Shown here: positions 36,991 to 49,169 of the stretch, in pieces
Layout of the letters: each line of letters starts with the position of its first letter
How positions within the stretch are numbered: position 1 is the first letter of the stretch
DNA from: Sphagnum compactum
Lineage: Eukaryota
Reading direction: 5' to 3'
DNA length: 64,000 bases
NCBI GenBank assembly: GCA_965153455.1
Contig: OZ234493.1
Coordinates: 23,178,213-23,242,212 of the forward strand
The notes under the pieces: generated by a model
What the model saw: only the letters and a program-made list of their open reading frames with translations
Database searches by the model: none
Told to the model about the DNA's origin: nothing
Made by a program: the position numbers and the translations under genes

Positions 36991-39900
36991 AAGGTACTGC
37001 AAATGGTAGAAATGTTTTAGAATTGTTTGTCCAGAATGTTTGCCAGGATGCTGATATTTGTGATCATAGTAAATATGATGAAGATGAGGATGGACTACAT
37101 TTACGACACAACACTGGGTGGAATCATGTGCCTGAGTGGTGTCTGGTTTCTTATCTAAAATTCTTCTTCCATCTTACTGAGTTGAACTGTAAACACTCAT
37201 ATTTGCAGCTTGGATTGTGTCCTTTTGACTCTTAGATCATATTGTGTGACTTGTCATTGTGAAACAGCACCTGGATAATGGAGTGCAAATGGAAGTTGGC
37301 TCCTTCAGCTCTCAACTGAGAAGGCTATTCTTACTGTAGATCAAATGCCTTCTTGCAGAACATTCTTCATGGATGTGGTTCATGAATTGTAGAGTTCTGG
37401 AAACCTAGTCTAGGATACCAATGTGCACATTTTCAAGAAACAGATACCAGCAACCAAATTTACAGCTGGCAATAGGATGGTTTCAGTTTTGTTTCAGCAA
37501 AATGGAAATGTAAGAATGACAGTCAGGTTCATAAGTCAGTAATTCAACTTGCACTAGGACTTGCACTGCAAGCATGACTCCTATTGAGACAAACTGCAAA
37601 CCCAAGCATCCTTTCTATTTTGCACCCACCTTCCTGGGATCTCTCTGCATTCACTTGCATGGGGATTTGTTCCTGCTAAAGGGACCTGACCAGTTAGATC
37701 TCTGACTGAGGGCTGCTCACAGGGAGACTGCTTTTGAAGAGCTTCAGACCCAAGGTTCCCTATGCAGGTCTTTAACTAAATATTTTGAAGTGGCAATTCC
37801 AGCAAATGTGAGAGGAGATTGCATCAGACCAGATTGTCGCCCTCTCTTTTTGTTCACAGGTGTTTGTCTCCATCAAAAGTTTCCTCTTCATCAAAGATGT
37901 TTTGCTGCGGTGTCAAGCCCATTAATCCTAGGCAGAACATTGGCAGTGAGTACTTATTTTGCTCTGCTGTTGGCCATGTGGATGGCTTATACCCTGGCAA
38001 ATACCGAAGCAATGCAGTGTGTAATCTAGTGTGCTCCATTGTTGAGTCAATTCATGTGAGACATAAGGCATGTCGTAACATTCTGGCCTCTGGGATGAGG
38101 TCGTAGGACAGCTCATGTATTTCTACCTTCATTTTGGTGTCCTGCTTGTGTTTGGTACAGTGGAGCCAGTTGGGAGTTGCTCTAGTGAGTTATCACCAGA
38201 TGGTGAGAACATGGATTGTGACAATTTGCAGAGGGAGAAGAATTCAGACCTGCCATTCTGATGGTGATTTGATCTGCTGGTGATCAAGTGCATTGAAAAG
38301 ATCCACATCTGGGTGGAAAACTGTGTGGGAATGTATGAGTGGCATGGTGTGTGACCTCTCTACCATATATCTTGGCATTTTTTTCATTTTCTGGTCAAAG
38401 TTCCAAGATAAAGCTGCATGGAATTGGATGATGCTGATGACTTGGGTGACCTGAAAAAACCATGATGAGTTACGATTTCAAATGGTGACGGGTGAGTTAA
38501 GGTTTAGGGAAGTAGACGATGTGGATCTCTAGTAACTTCTTGGATCTAGCTGTGAAACAAAGTCCTCAAGGTATATCTTATGATATCTTTGACAAATGAT
38601 TTGGTTTTTGTTTCTTGGTCCTTTGTTCTCTGTTTGTCTTTCCTTTAAAATTCTCTGTGGCTTGTTGAAGAAGTGTTAACCTTGCTTTGCTTTTTCTTAA
38701 TTGTTAGAATGGAGATTTCTTGATTCTTATGAGAGATATTTAGGTGAATGGTCAATGTGGATCATGAGTGGGGCCTGTAGTAGCGCTCAGGGCTGATTGA
38801 CTTCTGTGGAAGCTTTGCCAGCTCTATTTTGGTGTAGGTTTGGGAGTTAAAATTCATGAAATTTCAGTCCATAAGGCACAAACATTGAAAGGTGCATGTG
38901 GTCATTTGTGCCATGTACAGATGACAAAATATATGGAAGATGTTAGCTGCTGTTTCAGGTGGCTGAGATGAGTTCAGTTACATTTACAACATTTTTTAAC
39001 TGTCTCTGTATACAGACAGGGTTATAGTATTGTGCAATAATATATAGATGTTGAAAAATAGGCTTGTGTGCAGGTGTGAAGAAAAATTGTTATGGCCAAT
39101 GAAATTGCTTGATTTGGTGGTCTGAATTCTTTTCTTCGTTATCTTGTTCAATGTGTAACAGTTCAATGTGTAATAGTTCAATGTGTCATAGCTACTGTAG
39201 TACCTTGGCAACTTCAACACATGTTTGTTGAATAATTAATGCATTTTTCATTTTGACAAATAGAATATTCTGGAAGACTCAATGTTTTCCTTCACAATTT
39301 TTTGTCATTTGGTTTTTTTTTTTTGTGAAAATTTCAATATTTCTGAATATAATATAATTAGTGTCGAACCTACCAACTTCCAAGGTGGTAGTGTATTCTA
39401 TTTACAGACAAGGTTCTTGCACATTCCTTGTGCACTTTGATTTATATTATGACTTCACAACCTTCTTGACCCATCAACAAGTGGGCGCTAATGGATTGGT
39501 TGTTTATTTGTTCTGTCCTACAGAGGCATTGTGGCAACACCTTCTGAGCGGGTATAGGGGTCAAAGAAACAAAAGTTGGCTGAATGTATAAGGTTATAGA
39601 TTCATGTGTAAGTTTTTATTGGCCCAAGTTAATGGACAAGCATGTGTAGATTTTGGATGCACCCATCCAATTGATGGGTTGTTTTGAAATCTACCCATCT
39701 ACTTGTTGGGTTTCTTCTCAAAATATCAATGTTGGGTGATTGATTTAATCAAGTTTGTATATCATTCTATTTTTTGGGTTGTCATTGATTGTTTTTTTTC
39801 ACGAGGTTTCATATCACTATGAAATGTAAAAAAACAATTCATATGACTAATTTTTTAAACAAAATATGTTTGATAAACATACAAATAATTAGTTTCAATT

Positions 39901-40844
39901 CTTTTAAATCTTATTAAAATGAGATTTGAAAAATTATGCAAGAATTTTTAAAGATAAATCACATCATTTTAAAATAAACATAAAATTATATATATTATAT
40001 AATTTGATGTTATTTTAAAAACTTCAATAGGGCTTTGATGAAAATTTAATAACAAAAATCATGATGAAATTGATTTTTAATTGAATTTTTTTTGGTTGCC
40101 TTTTATGTTATAAAAATTTATTATTGCCCTAAGATAATAGACATGCATGTATGATTTTAAGTTTTAACAAGCATGCATGGGGCAAACACAACTAGTTTAT
40201 AAAGTTGGGTGGGGGTTTAGTGGGGTTTATAGCTGAAAATTTAGGGAGAGCAAAGGGGTTAAGGTATTTAATTTTTTTCCTCTCTTGTGAGTTTGTTTTT
40301 TATTATGGGGTTTCAATGGGTATAAGGAGTGGATAATTCAATTAATTGAAAGAATGACAAGTTGTAAGAAAAGGGGACGAGGGGTTAAAAGTTTTATTTT
40401 CTTTCTCAAAAGGGTTTTCTTTTGGGTGAGGAGGGGAGGAAGGGGTAATTCCACCCCTTTCCAAAGGAGGTTTTTAAGGGATTGGAATAGGTGATGGGGC
40501 TATTGAAAGAACCAAAGAAAAATCCACTTAAGTGCACATTGAGTTGAAGTGAGCTCTTAAAAAGCTGGCAGAAAGCTGATGGGGCTATTGAGCAGTGGTT
40601 GAAGTGGAGGTGAAAAACAGACAGAACAAGAAGAAAAACGGGCAGACTATGTTATATAATTCTAATAAATGGGCTCCATTTTCCAGGGAAGAGAAAAGGA
40701 AGGTACCCTCTTCAGCTGGGCTGTTTTTAGGTTTACTCCAAAGGTGTCCTTATCAAGTTCCCAATTTGTTCCCATTAGGTTCTCAAAATGTTCTCCAAGT
40801 TCTCATTGTGTTCCCTGACATATCTTATATATTAATTCAGTTAG

Positions 40845-41000
40845 TCTGTGTGTGCGTCTGTCGAGGTGCCAATTTGAGGGGCCAATTTCGAAGTACCAAT
40901 TCGAGGAGACAAAAACCCAGATCCCGTCTGTCTGTCTGTCGAGGTCGTGAAACCCAGATCCTGTCTGTCCGTCTGTCGAGGTCTTGAAACACAGATCCCA
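40845..41000. repeat. Short tandem repeat, ~37-bp unit
   Basis: GTCTGTCGAGGTC(G/T)TGAAAC(C/A)CAGATCC at ~40934 and ~40971, with partial copies at ~40857 and ~40912. Confidence 0.7.
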
Positions 41001-41019
41001 AATTGTAAAAGTAAAATAA

Positions 41020-41251
41020 CCGCCCAAAAACCTGCCTAGCTCCTCTTTTCCGGGTTTTCGTGAAACCCGGCAGTTCTGTGAGGTTTTTTTGAAATAACCA
41101 GAACCGGCAGCGGTTCTTTGATTCTGAATTTTTTTTTTCAAATACCCGGAACTTGTGATTCTTTGACTCTGAGTTTTAATGAAATAATATATATTATATT
41201 ATAACCCAGATGTGGAGGTTATTCAACATATCAAATACCCGCTCAACATTG
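41020..41251. repeat. Dispersed repeat related to 750-1095
   Basis: Shares GGTTCTTTGATTCTGAATTTTTTTTCAAATACCC motifs with the copy near 1 kb and ends CCCGCTCAACATTG. Confidence 0.5.
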
Positions 41252-43472
41252 CTTATATTGTACACAGACAGAACAACAACAAGAGTTATTAATTGGTTGA
41301 AACAATTAACGGGTACCCACTAGTCCCTAATAACACCTCATTTTTTTATCCCATATTGTTTGACCTCGGTTCAACTTCCATGTTTGGGCAGGGGGTCGGC
41401 GAGTAGGGGATTGGGGCGGGGTGGGGGGAGACAAAGGGAAGTATGACAAAATATGCTTCTATTTTGGGGAGGGAAGCATATTTAGGCTTCAATGTTGGGG
41501 AGTGCCCCATGTTCCAAAAAATTGGTGATGGGCCAATCAAATGGCTCCTTATGCAAATAAAATAAAATTCTAGTGATGATGATTCATCAAAGTTGGTTTC
41601 AGTAGGACAACTTTAGGTTCCATAAGTTGTCATACGCTAGACAATTCTAAATTGAAGTTTATTTAACCCATTCCCAAGTGAAAAGGCATGGAAATGTGTT
41701 ATTTCATATTTTTGTTTTTTCTTCCAACACCGTATTCATATGAAAAGTTTTCAATAAATTTTCCACAAATAGCGAAAACTCGCAACCACAAAAATCCAGT
41801 GATCAGGACTCATATCTCATGGATGCACAATCAGCCTTTGCTGAAATTAATGATTCCAGTGAATATTAAATCTCCTGAAATTCATTTGGTAGCTCTGAAA
41901 ATTTTGAATAGGTTAGAGCTTAGGCCTGAATTCATGTCATGCTTTTCAGCAAAACCTATGGACACGCTCTGTTGTTTACACTGTCCATATAATAGCATGT
42001 TGTTGTGGGTCGCAATGTAATAATGAGTTCATGGTTCTGAATCAGGCAACACTTGCTCGCTACAACAAAAGATGTCTCTGTACACAAACTGATTTCACCA
42101 AATTTTCAGTGTTGCAGCGAACAGGACTTAATGGAGATGGAGTGAATTGGATCCTGTTCATTCTTTTTGGCTGTTGAGATTTGGATACTACTGAAAAAAA
42201 TTAGAGTGCTGTCTGGTAATGCCCTCATCCAAGGGTGTTGCCCAAGGTAAAGATATTGCCACAAATTTTAAACAGACCAAATGATCCACCAAAAACAGAA
42301 GATCAGTTCAAAATCAGAATATCCCTCCACAAAAGGGAAGATCCTTCCCAAAACAGAAGAACGCTTGAAGGAGAAACAAAAAATTTGCTGAATGTATACC
42401 TGTCCTCCGCTAAGAGGATGCCCAGCGGCAACCGTCTGTCAGTATTTAGCACATCCAGTGTGACCTGTTTAGTTTGTCCCCTTCTCCAGCCATGAACCTG
42501 AACACATGGACTGTAAAAGATGAGAGACTATTTTACTCTCACCACATGGGCCAATCAGTGGAGATGGCCATTGAGAAACAGTCGTTTCGTGCAAGATATG
42601 TCTTCACCTGGCCATTGTGAATGTCTGCATTTATATTAGCCCAAACAAAATCCAGGGAGTTTTTCTGTAACTTTTCATGCATACAGAACAGTAAAGGCCA
42701 ATTTTACTGGGCACACTCTACCAATACACAATTTTAGCAGGTCTTTACTAGCTGTGTAAATACCATGGGTCGCTGGACTTTCCTAAAATGTGGGGGTGCA
42801 GGACTGTTACTACAGCCCTTTATTTTAGGACTCCCTCCATCCTAGCGTTTGCCTTGGGTGAACAAGCGCCCACATTGGTACTGTGGTAAACATCCCAAAA
42901 TTCATTTAAATTATTTTGACATATTACCAATATCCCTTGTGTAGAATAAATCAGTGTCTCCGAGTTCAAATCTAACATTTTTGGGGCTTAATATGGCCAC
43001 TAAGGCCCGCTTTACATTAGAAGTCAGGGCCAAAAAAACTTGGGGCCAGCTTTGAGGATTTTGGACTTGTTGTTTGGCCCCAAGTTACTAATAAATGCTA
43101 GAACATTGACCTCAAGATATTAAAAAATGCTGGAACATTGGGCCCAAGGGTTGCAAATTGGCTTCCCAAATTCGATGGTATCCTTTTTTTCAGCCTTGGG
43201 GCCAATACAAGGCCATAAAGTTCAGCATTTATTAGTAGCTTGCAGCAGATTGAAAATACTTTTTCTATTTCACCCTTCACTCCTAGTGTAAAAGCCCTTA
43301 GGGCCGATTTCAACTTTTGCACCAATAGGAATGCTTAATTTGGGTTGAACATCAACCCTGACTCCTACTGTCAACTTGGCCTAAGACGTCTCACTCAAAA
43401 AGGTCAAGGTACCAACATAGGTCCCTAGCCTTTTACCCACAAACAATCCCCATTTACCATAAGCTGTTATAA

Positions 43473-43772
43473 GAGTGTCTCCACCCCACACCTGCTAACA
43501 TCCCTTTTCATTAAACCCTGCAGCAGGATAGCTTAAATCCTGCTGCGCGCCTGTATTGATGTCCATTTTGCATTTAAAGTGGTCATTTCAACCCCTTTCA
43601 AATCTTGGATTTGGACATACAGTGACTAATACTCGTCCAGATGTAAAGACATAAATGGTCACTGGGTGTTTAAAAGGACTTTTATGACGTTTGTGGGCGG
43701 GGACAGTGATCATTAAACACTATTTTATTTTTAAGTAGAGTAGTTGTTTACGGCTTCGCGTTGGAGATGCTC
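43473..43772. mobile_element. Tourist/PIF-Harbinger-like MITE with TAA TSD
   Basis: TAA|GAGTGTCTCCA ... TGGAGATGCTC|TAA, 300 bp, with the same terminal motif as the 27287 MITE. Confidence 0.75.
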
Positions 43773-44312
43773 TAAGTGAACTGATGTCGTCTACTAAAGT
43801 CTCGTATATCTCTTGTCAAAGACACCTTAATCATAATGAAATCAAAGAAAAAATCATAACAACAAAATTCACTTGACATTTAGTCTGGAAACGAGTGTAG
43901 TACACTTTGGTGGCACAGTTCCAACATCACACATCCCAGGATACATGCAGTCTCTTTACTTCAACGGCATGGACTGAGCGTATTGGAGCTGGCTGCACTA
44001 TAAAAACAAGATTAATACACTTGCAGCTGATCATCACTAGTTATTACTTACAAACATTATATCAAGAACTCGTCAAGAAGGGGCTGCATATGATCAGCAA
44101 ATGACGTGCTGGAACAAACAAATTACGATACTAGTTGAAGATAGGTACTTTGACATGCAGATCGTGATCAACGACTGATCACCAAAGCATCTTTGAGGAC
44201 TGGGAGAAGATTGGGAACTGTAGGAATTGGGTGTTATAAATCACATGCAATGAGCGGAAGTACTTATGTTGGTGATCATCAGGTCAAGTAGTAGTGATCT
44301 ACTGCGCAATCC

Positions 44313-44636
44313 TTAGCAACTCTGACCATCACAAACTCCTCCGCCACAATCGACGTACTCGTCACTCACATAGCCAACTAAGGTGCCATCGCTAGTTAAT
44401 CCCACGTAATCCCATTGCGAATCACCGTTGACGTCTACGCCGTTAGCTATGCAGTATACGAATACTGCTGTTCCTTCCGGAATTGTGGCGATATAGTCAC
44501 AGCCGTCATAGGGACAGGCGAATGCGTTCACGTCGGCCGTGACGATGTCGCAGGTCACGTATAAAGCCGGGGTCGTCATCAGAAGAAATGCTATGACAAC
44601 CGGTAAGAGGCCGGCAGGCAGTGATGATCTGCACAT
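44313..44636 (-). CDS. Small secreted Cys-rich protein with a microbial SH3b-like domain, about 107 aa
   Basis: ATG at 44636 gives the signal-peptide-like MCRSSLPAGLLPVVIAFLLMTTPALYVTC. The mature part is DIVTADVNAFACPYDGCDYIATIPEGTAVFVYCIANGVDVNGDSQWDYVGLTSDGTLVGYVSDEYVDCGGGVCDGQSC. GC-rich and coding-like. A tgtgcag acceptor at 44630-44636 means an upstream exon cannot be excluded. Confidence 0.72.
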   Translation of the reverse strand: MCRSSLPAGLLPVVIAFLLMTTPALYVTCDIVTADVNAFACPYDGCDYIATIPEGTAVFVYCIANGVDVNGDSQWDYVGLTSDGTLVGYVSDEYVDCGGGVCDGQSC

Positions 44637-45957
44637 ATAATATCCAACCTTATTTTTTAGTTTCCAGAAGATCAAACACCCTTCAACTCTCGTATTCGCG
44701 ACAGGAAATTTCTCACCAATCGTGATTAAAGCTTGAATATGCTACATGAAAAGAAATTTTTCAAAACGAACAATGTAACAGAAACGATCACAGTTACTGA
44801 CAGTGCAGCCGGTTACAGCTGGTTTGTCTCGTGACACCGGTCTTACATGTGTCAAGCTGCAATGTTAATAGTTATGCAATGTTCATGACAACTTCAATTG
44901 AAATCTGTTTCATGCAAGGACTACCGTCATCGTTCTCTCTGCAAGTTTCAGATCGACTTGTCTGTCCAAAACGCCACAAATGCATTAGTACCCTACGCTG
45001 CACGTACACGTTTGGCAGCTATAGTCAGATTGACCCTGGTTTTGGTACTTCAGCGTTTGCTCATTCTCGAAATGTATTTAGGGGAAATACTAATCTCGAA
45101 GTCTAGTTCATGGAGATGAGTTGATGTCAAAAACACTTGTGTGAGAAACCCAGAACAACGCTCAAGCGCAACAACTTAGCAACATCACGAGCAGCTACAG
45201 TGCACAGCAGGAGATAACTAGCTAGCTGTAGTATAGAAACAGCCAGTTATGCAGCATCGACGTACTTGACTGTTGTTGTTGCCATGTTGTGGACGTCGTC
45301 TCCCGGCAGCGCTGGATATAGAACACTAAGCAGCAACAACTGAACTGCAGAAATAGAAGGAAGTGGAGTTGAGGGACGACGGAGTGAAACAGATGTTCTA
45401 CGAGCTCATGTATACGTTGCAACTTGCACACGATGCACACAGCTGCTGCTTGGAGAGCTGGTATTTGAACTAGTCCTTGAGGCTTGAAGCAGCCAGCGCC
45501 TTCAGGACTCTGCTAAACTTGTTCTTTTGTTTTTTAATTGGCGAGATTTTGCCAAAAACCGACATTACAATTTTAAATTCCGCCAAATAAGTGCTTTTGG
45601 AGATTTTCAGTCGCCAAAAGTGAGGGGGAAAAAAGGTAAAAATAAAACCATCAGGTTTACTATTATACAATTTTGGTTTTCATTGTGTAACTAGCCAAAA
45701 TATAAAGGAGGATGAAAGATTTGTATGAAATGTTCTGGTTTGTAGCCAGATTTTGACTAAATCTTTCTACCTATGATTGCCACTTTTTCTACATCTTCCT
45801 GGCGATGATCCTCACTTTGGCTACAAACAAAAAAAAAAATCCTGGAAAAACATTGAGCTGCTACATCGTCATGCAAGTTCTCAAGTAGACCAGAGTCGCC
45901 TATTTGAGGACTATCACATTATTAATTTCTTTTCAGTCTAGCCCACTTGTTCGGCCA

Positions 45958-46454
45958 CAGTGAACCAGCACCCACCCAGTGCACCATGAAGGATGAATGA
46001 TAAGTGGTCAGGAAACAGTTTTCTGTTGGGTTCCAGTTCCTTAGCTAACCATGGTGGTTAGCTCAGTTGCCTTTTTTAAGTACCTACCTACTACCAACCC
46101 ACAAGCAGGTTGTTAGTAGGTAGGTAATAAAAACAGCCCTTACCTATATATAAACCATCTACTTACCTAGTAATTACAGTTTTTCTTACCTAACTACCTA
46201 TATATGAGACCTATTTGTTATCTATTTTCCTACCTATCTACCTATATATGAGACCTATTGTTATCTATTTTCCTACCTATCTACCTATAGATGAGACCTA
46301 TTTGTTATCTACTTTCCTACCTATCTACCTATATGTGAGAACTATTTCTTACAGAATTGATTTACCAAGGTGAAACCATATACTAACTCAGTTGAGGTTC
46401 ATCCACAACTGAGTAATATCAGGCATCCAGTGGATGGTGCGTGCTGGTTCACTG
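45958..46454. mobile_element. Non-autonomous TIR element (CAG-ended, possibly hAT-type) with an internal ~41-bp tandem array
   Basis: 14-bp TIR CAGTGAACCAGCAC / GTGCTGGTTCACTG. Three to four copies of CCTATATATGAGACCTATTTGTTATCTATTTTCCTACCTATCTA at ~46197-46345. The TSD is not clean. An orphan left end lies at 46644, and related CTACCTAC-rich sequence occurs at ~18790-19100 and ~31720-31880. Confidence 0.7.
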
Positions 46455-48109
46455 TTGCCCACTTGATCCTGGCTAGGTGATTGATTAGACTAGCAGACTT
46501 GTTTCAGTTGCCGACCAGTTCCACTACAACTGTTTAAAACCAAACTCATCAATCCATATCTTGGTATGTACCCAACGTTTGTAGATCCGTTGTTATATTC
46601 GCACAGTCGGTAAAAGACTATCCTGTTCATAGTCTGCCGGCAACAGTGAACCAGCAACCCACCAGTACAACCACCGCTGGATCTGTTATGTCGTATCAGT
46701 TGTGGACGATGTCCTCAACGGGAGTCATGGTGCGCAGCTGGTGGGTGATATATAGTTCACTGATCTCATGGCCCCAGCCCATTTGTCGTCAGCTTCATTT
46801 GCAACTTGCTGCCGTGTCTCACCTGCGAAACCAACGCCATTAGTTTTCCCTTCGCCTACTCTGTTGAGAGCATCGGGACACGGTATAATCCGATCTCTTG
46901 TTCAATTTGTTCAGATTCAAGACAGTTCGTTTCGCGGTTTCATTGGCGAAGTCACTGGTATGGGCATGTATACTTGAATGCGTTTGTCAGGGTTTGTCAG
47001 CTCACTTGATTGCTTGACAGCTTGGGTGCCCAATTTGTCAACTCGGTGCCAGGAAACTGATTGAAATGTTATAGAATTTCTTATCCACGAAAGCGCGTAT
47101 CATTTACTTTCAGCAAAGTGAGATTTCATGAGTGTTAAAACTGGGGTTAGGAAATTTTCACATTCTTGAGAAACAGGTTTGATGGGTCTGGTTCTACCGA
47201 CGGTTTATATCAGGTTGGTGACTGAAGAATTAGTGGCTCGTAAGTTATTCACTTGCTCAAATCATGCTTCTTTGTCTCTTGTGCCCAAAGGGAAAGTGTA
47301 GAGAGTGTCCCTCATTGCACCATAGTTTGTCCCATATCCTTTGTTCCATATCCTTTGTCCAAGAATGTGAGCTTGTATTATATATAGTTGAATTAAAGGG
47401 GAAACTTTCCCCCATTATTGTGTTGGTAGTAAAAAGCTTCTATTAGGGGGAACGTTAAGAACAATGCCAATCAAAATCGGCCACTTAAAGTGACCCATTG
47501 AAGAAAAACAAACATTGAGCTTTGGAATGCTCTCACATTAGGATGCACAAACAACTAATAAACATGGATTGCCTAGATTATCTACCCCTAGACTACCCCT
47601 AACCCTAGACCCTATAACAAAAAACTACCTTAGATATCTTTTATTACCTTAGGTGGTTTTCAGATTTTCGGATTATTTTTTAAAAAAATGGATGGTTTCA
47701 ATCAAGTGATAACTAAAGGGGGTAATTTTCAAATATAGGTATCAAAAATGGTAATGCTTAACTATTTTCGAGGTGAAAACTAGCTTTAAAATTGAGTCAA
47801 TTTCAACTCAATTTCTAAGAACCGTCCAAGATTGGATAACACTTTCACAAGAATTGTTTTTCTTTTTTTTTCTCTCCCACACATTGTGACTATTATTTAA
47901 TTTGACTATATTTCAATCACATTTAGACATTTTTAGTTTGCAAGTAACTTGTTACACTAATTAATGATCAATATTGTTTATAGTTATAACATTCATTACA
48001 ATGTTCACTTATGACTATAATTTGAAACCTATTTCATTTTTTAATCATTTCAAAATTGTTGATTTGAAAATCGAAATAATCTTTAGTTTATTTACACAAT
48101 GCATTATAA

Positions 48110-48600
48110 TGGGTTAGTAAATTTTTTAATCATTTCTTCAATTGTTCACATGGTACATGAATTGAACCATACATTTTAACACATTAAAATCATTGTTCAT
48201 GGGTTGTACTTTACATTTACCATAATTTATTAAAACACATGTAACAATCTAAAACCTCACATTTATATTGGAATAAACTGATTTTTCACATCTTTTCAAT
48301 GTACAACATGTGTACATGAATTGAACCATTCACTTTTAATATGTTAAAACTATTATTCACAAGTTGCATCTTGGACTTATTAAAATATAATGAAACATAT
48401 GTAAATTGATGCTTTGCAATTTACTTGAATGGTTTAGTGAGTTTTTTCACATTTCTTGAACTACCAACATCTATACATGAGTTCAATCATCCACTTTGAA
48501 CCAATTGAAATCATTATTCAAATGTTGGATTTTGCATTTTTTAGTATATATTGAAACACACAACAATTTAATCCTTCACATTTATGCTTGAACATGTTAA
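48110..48600. repeat. Degenerate ~160-bp tandem repeat (3 units)
   Basis: TACATGA(A/G)TT(G/C)AA(C/T)CAT at ~48153, ~48313 and ~48474, with similar flanks. Confidence 0.55.
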
Positions 48601-49169
48601 TGGTGTTATTCAAGAATTTTATTCATAAGAAATTTAGCCATGTTTTAGCTACTCACCATACATGGAAGTATAAAATTGTTAAAATCATTTTCTATTCTAG
48701 CTACAAGTCCTACAACCTATTGTAGAATTTTTCAATTTTTATTTTAGGTTTTTTTAATTTTTGTTTTTGATTTTTTTTTAAAATGTTGTGGTCGATGGCC
48801 CCTTTTTATGTTCAAAAAATGGTGGAAATTCAAAACGAAAAAATAAAATCAATTACATCATGAATATTTTTTTTAAGTTTTCAAAATAATAATCAAATTT
48901 TGTTTCAAGGTTATCAACGTTAATGTGTCATGTTAGTCATGTCTATTTTGACACCAACATATTCCAACGTCACATCGATTCAAGGTTAACCTAGGGTCAA
49001 CTTGGGGTCAACCTAAATTAAAAAATAACTTTTCATGTAAAGGTAAAAAATTTACTCCAATGGTGACTAACAATTATAATCGCAAAAAAGTAAAAATCCA
49101 ATGCATTATATCCAACACCTAAATCAAGTTCTCAAAGTAAACAAGAAAAAACTTAATTTTTTATAAAAA

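Noticed and set aside
37000-39250. Possible extra gene downstream of the 34.6 kb gene
   Set aside because: Gene-like composition and some splice-like sites, but I could not assemble a coherent reading frame. It is probably 3' UTR or non-coding exons.
46197-46345. CRISPR-like array
   Set aside because: The units are contiguous tandem repeats without unique spacers, the context is eukaryotic, and there are no cas genes.
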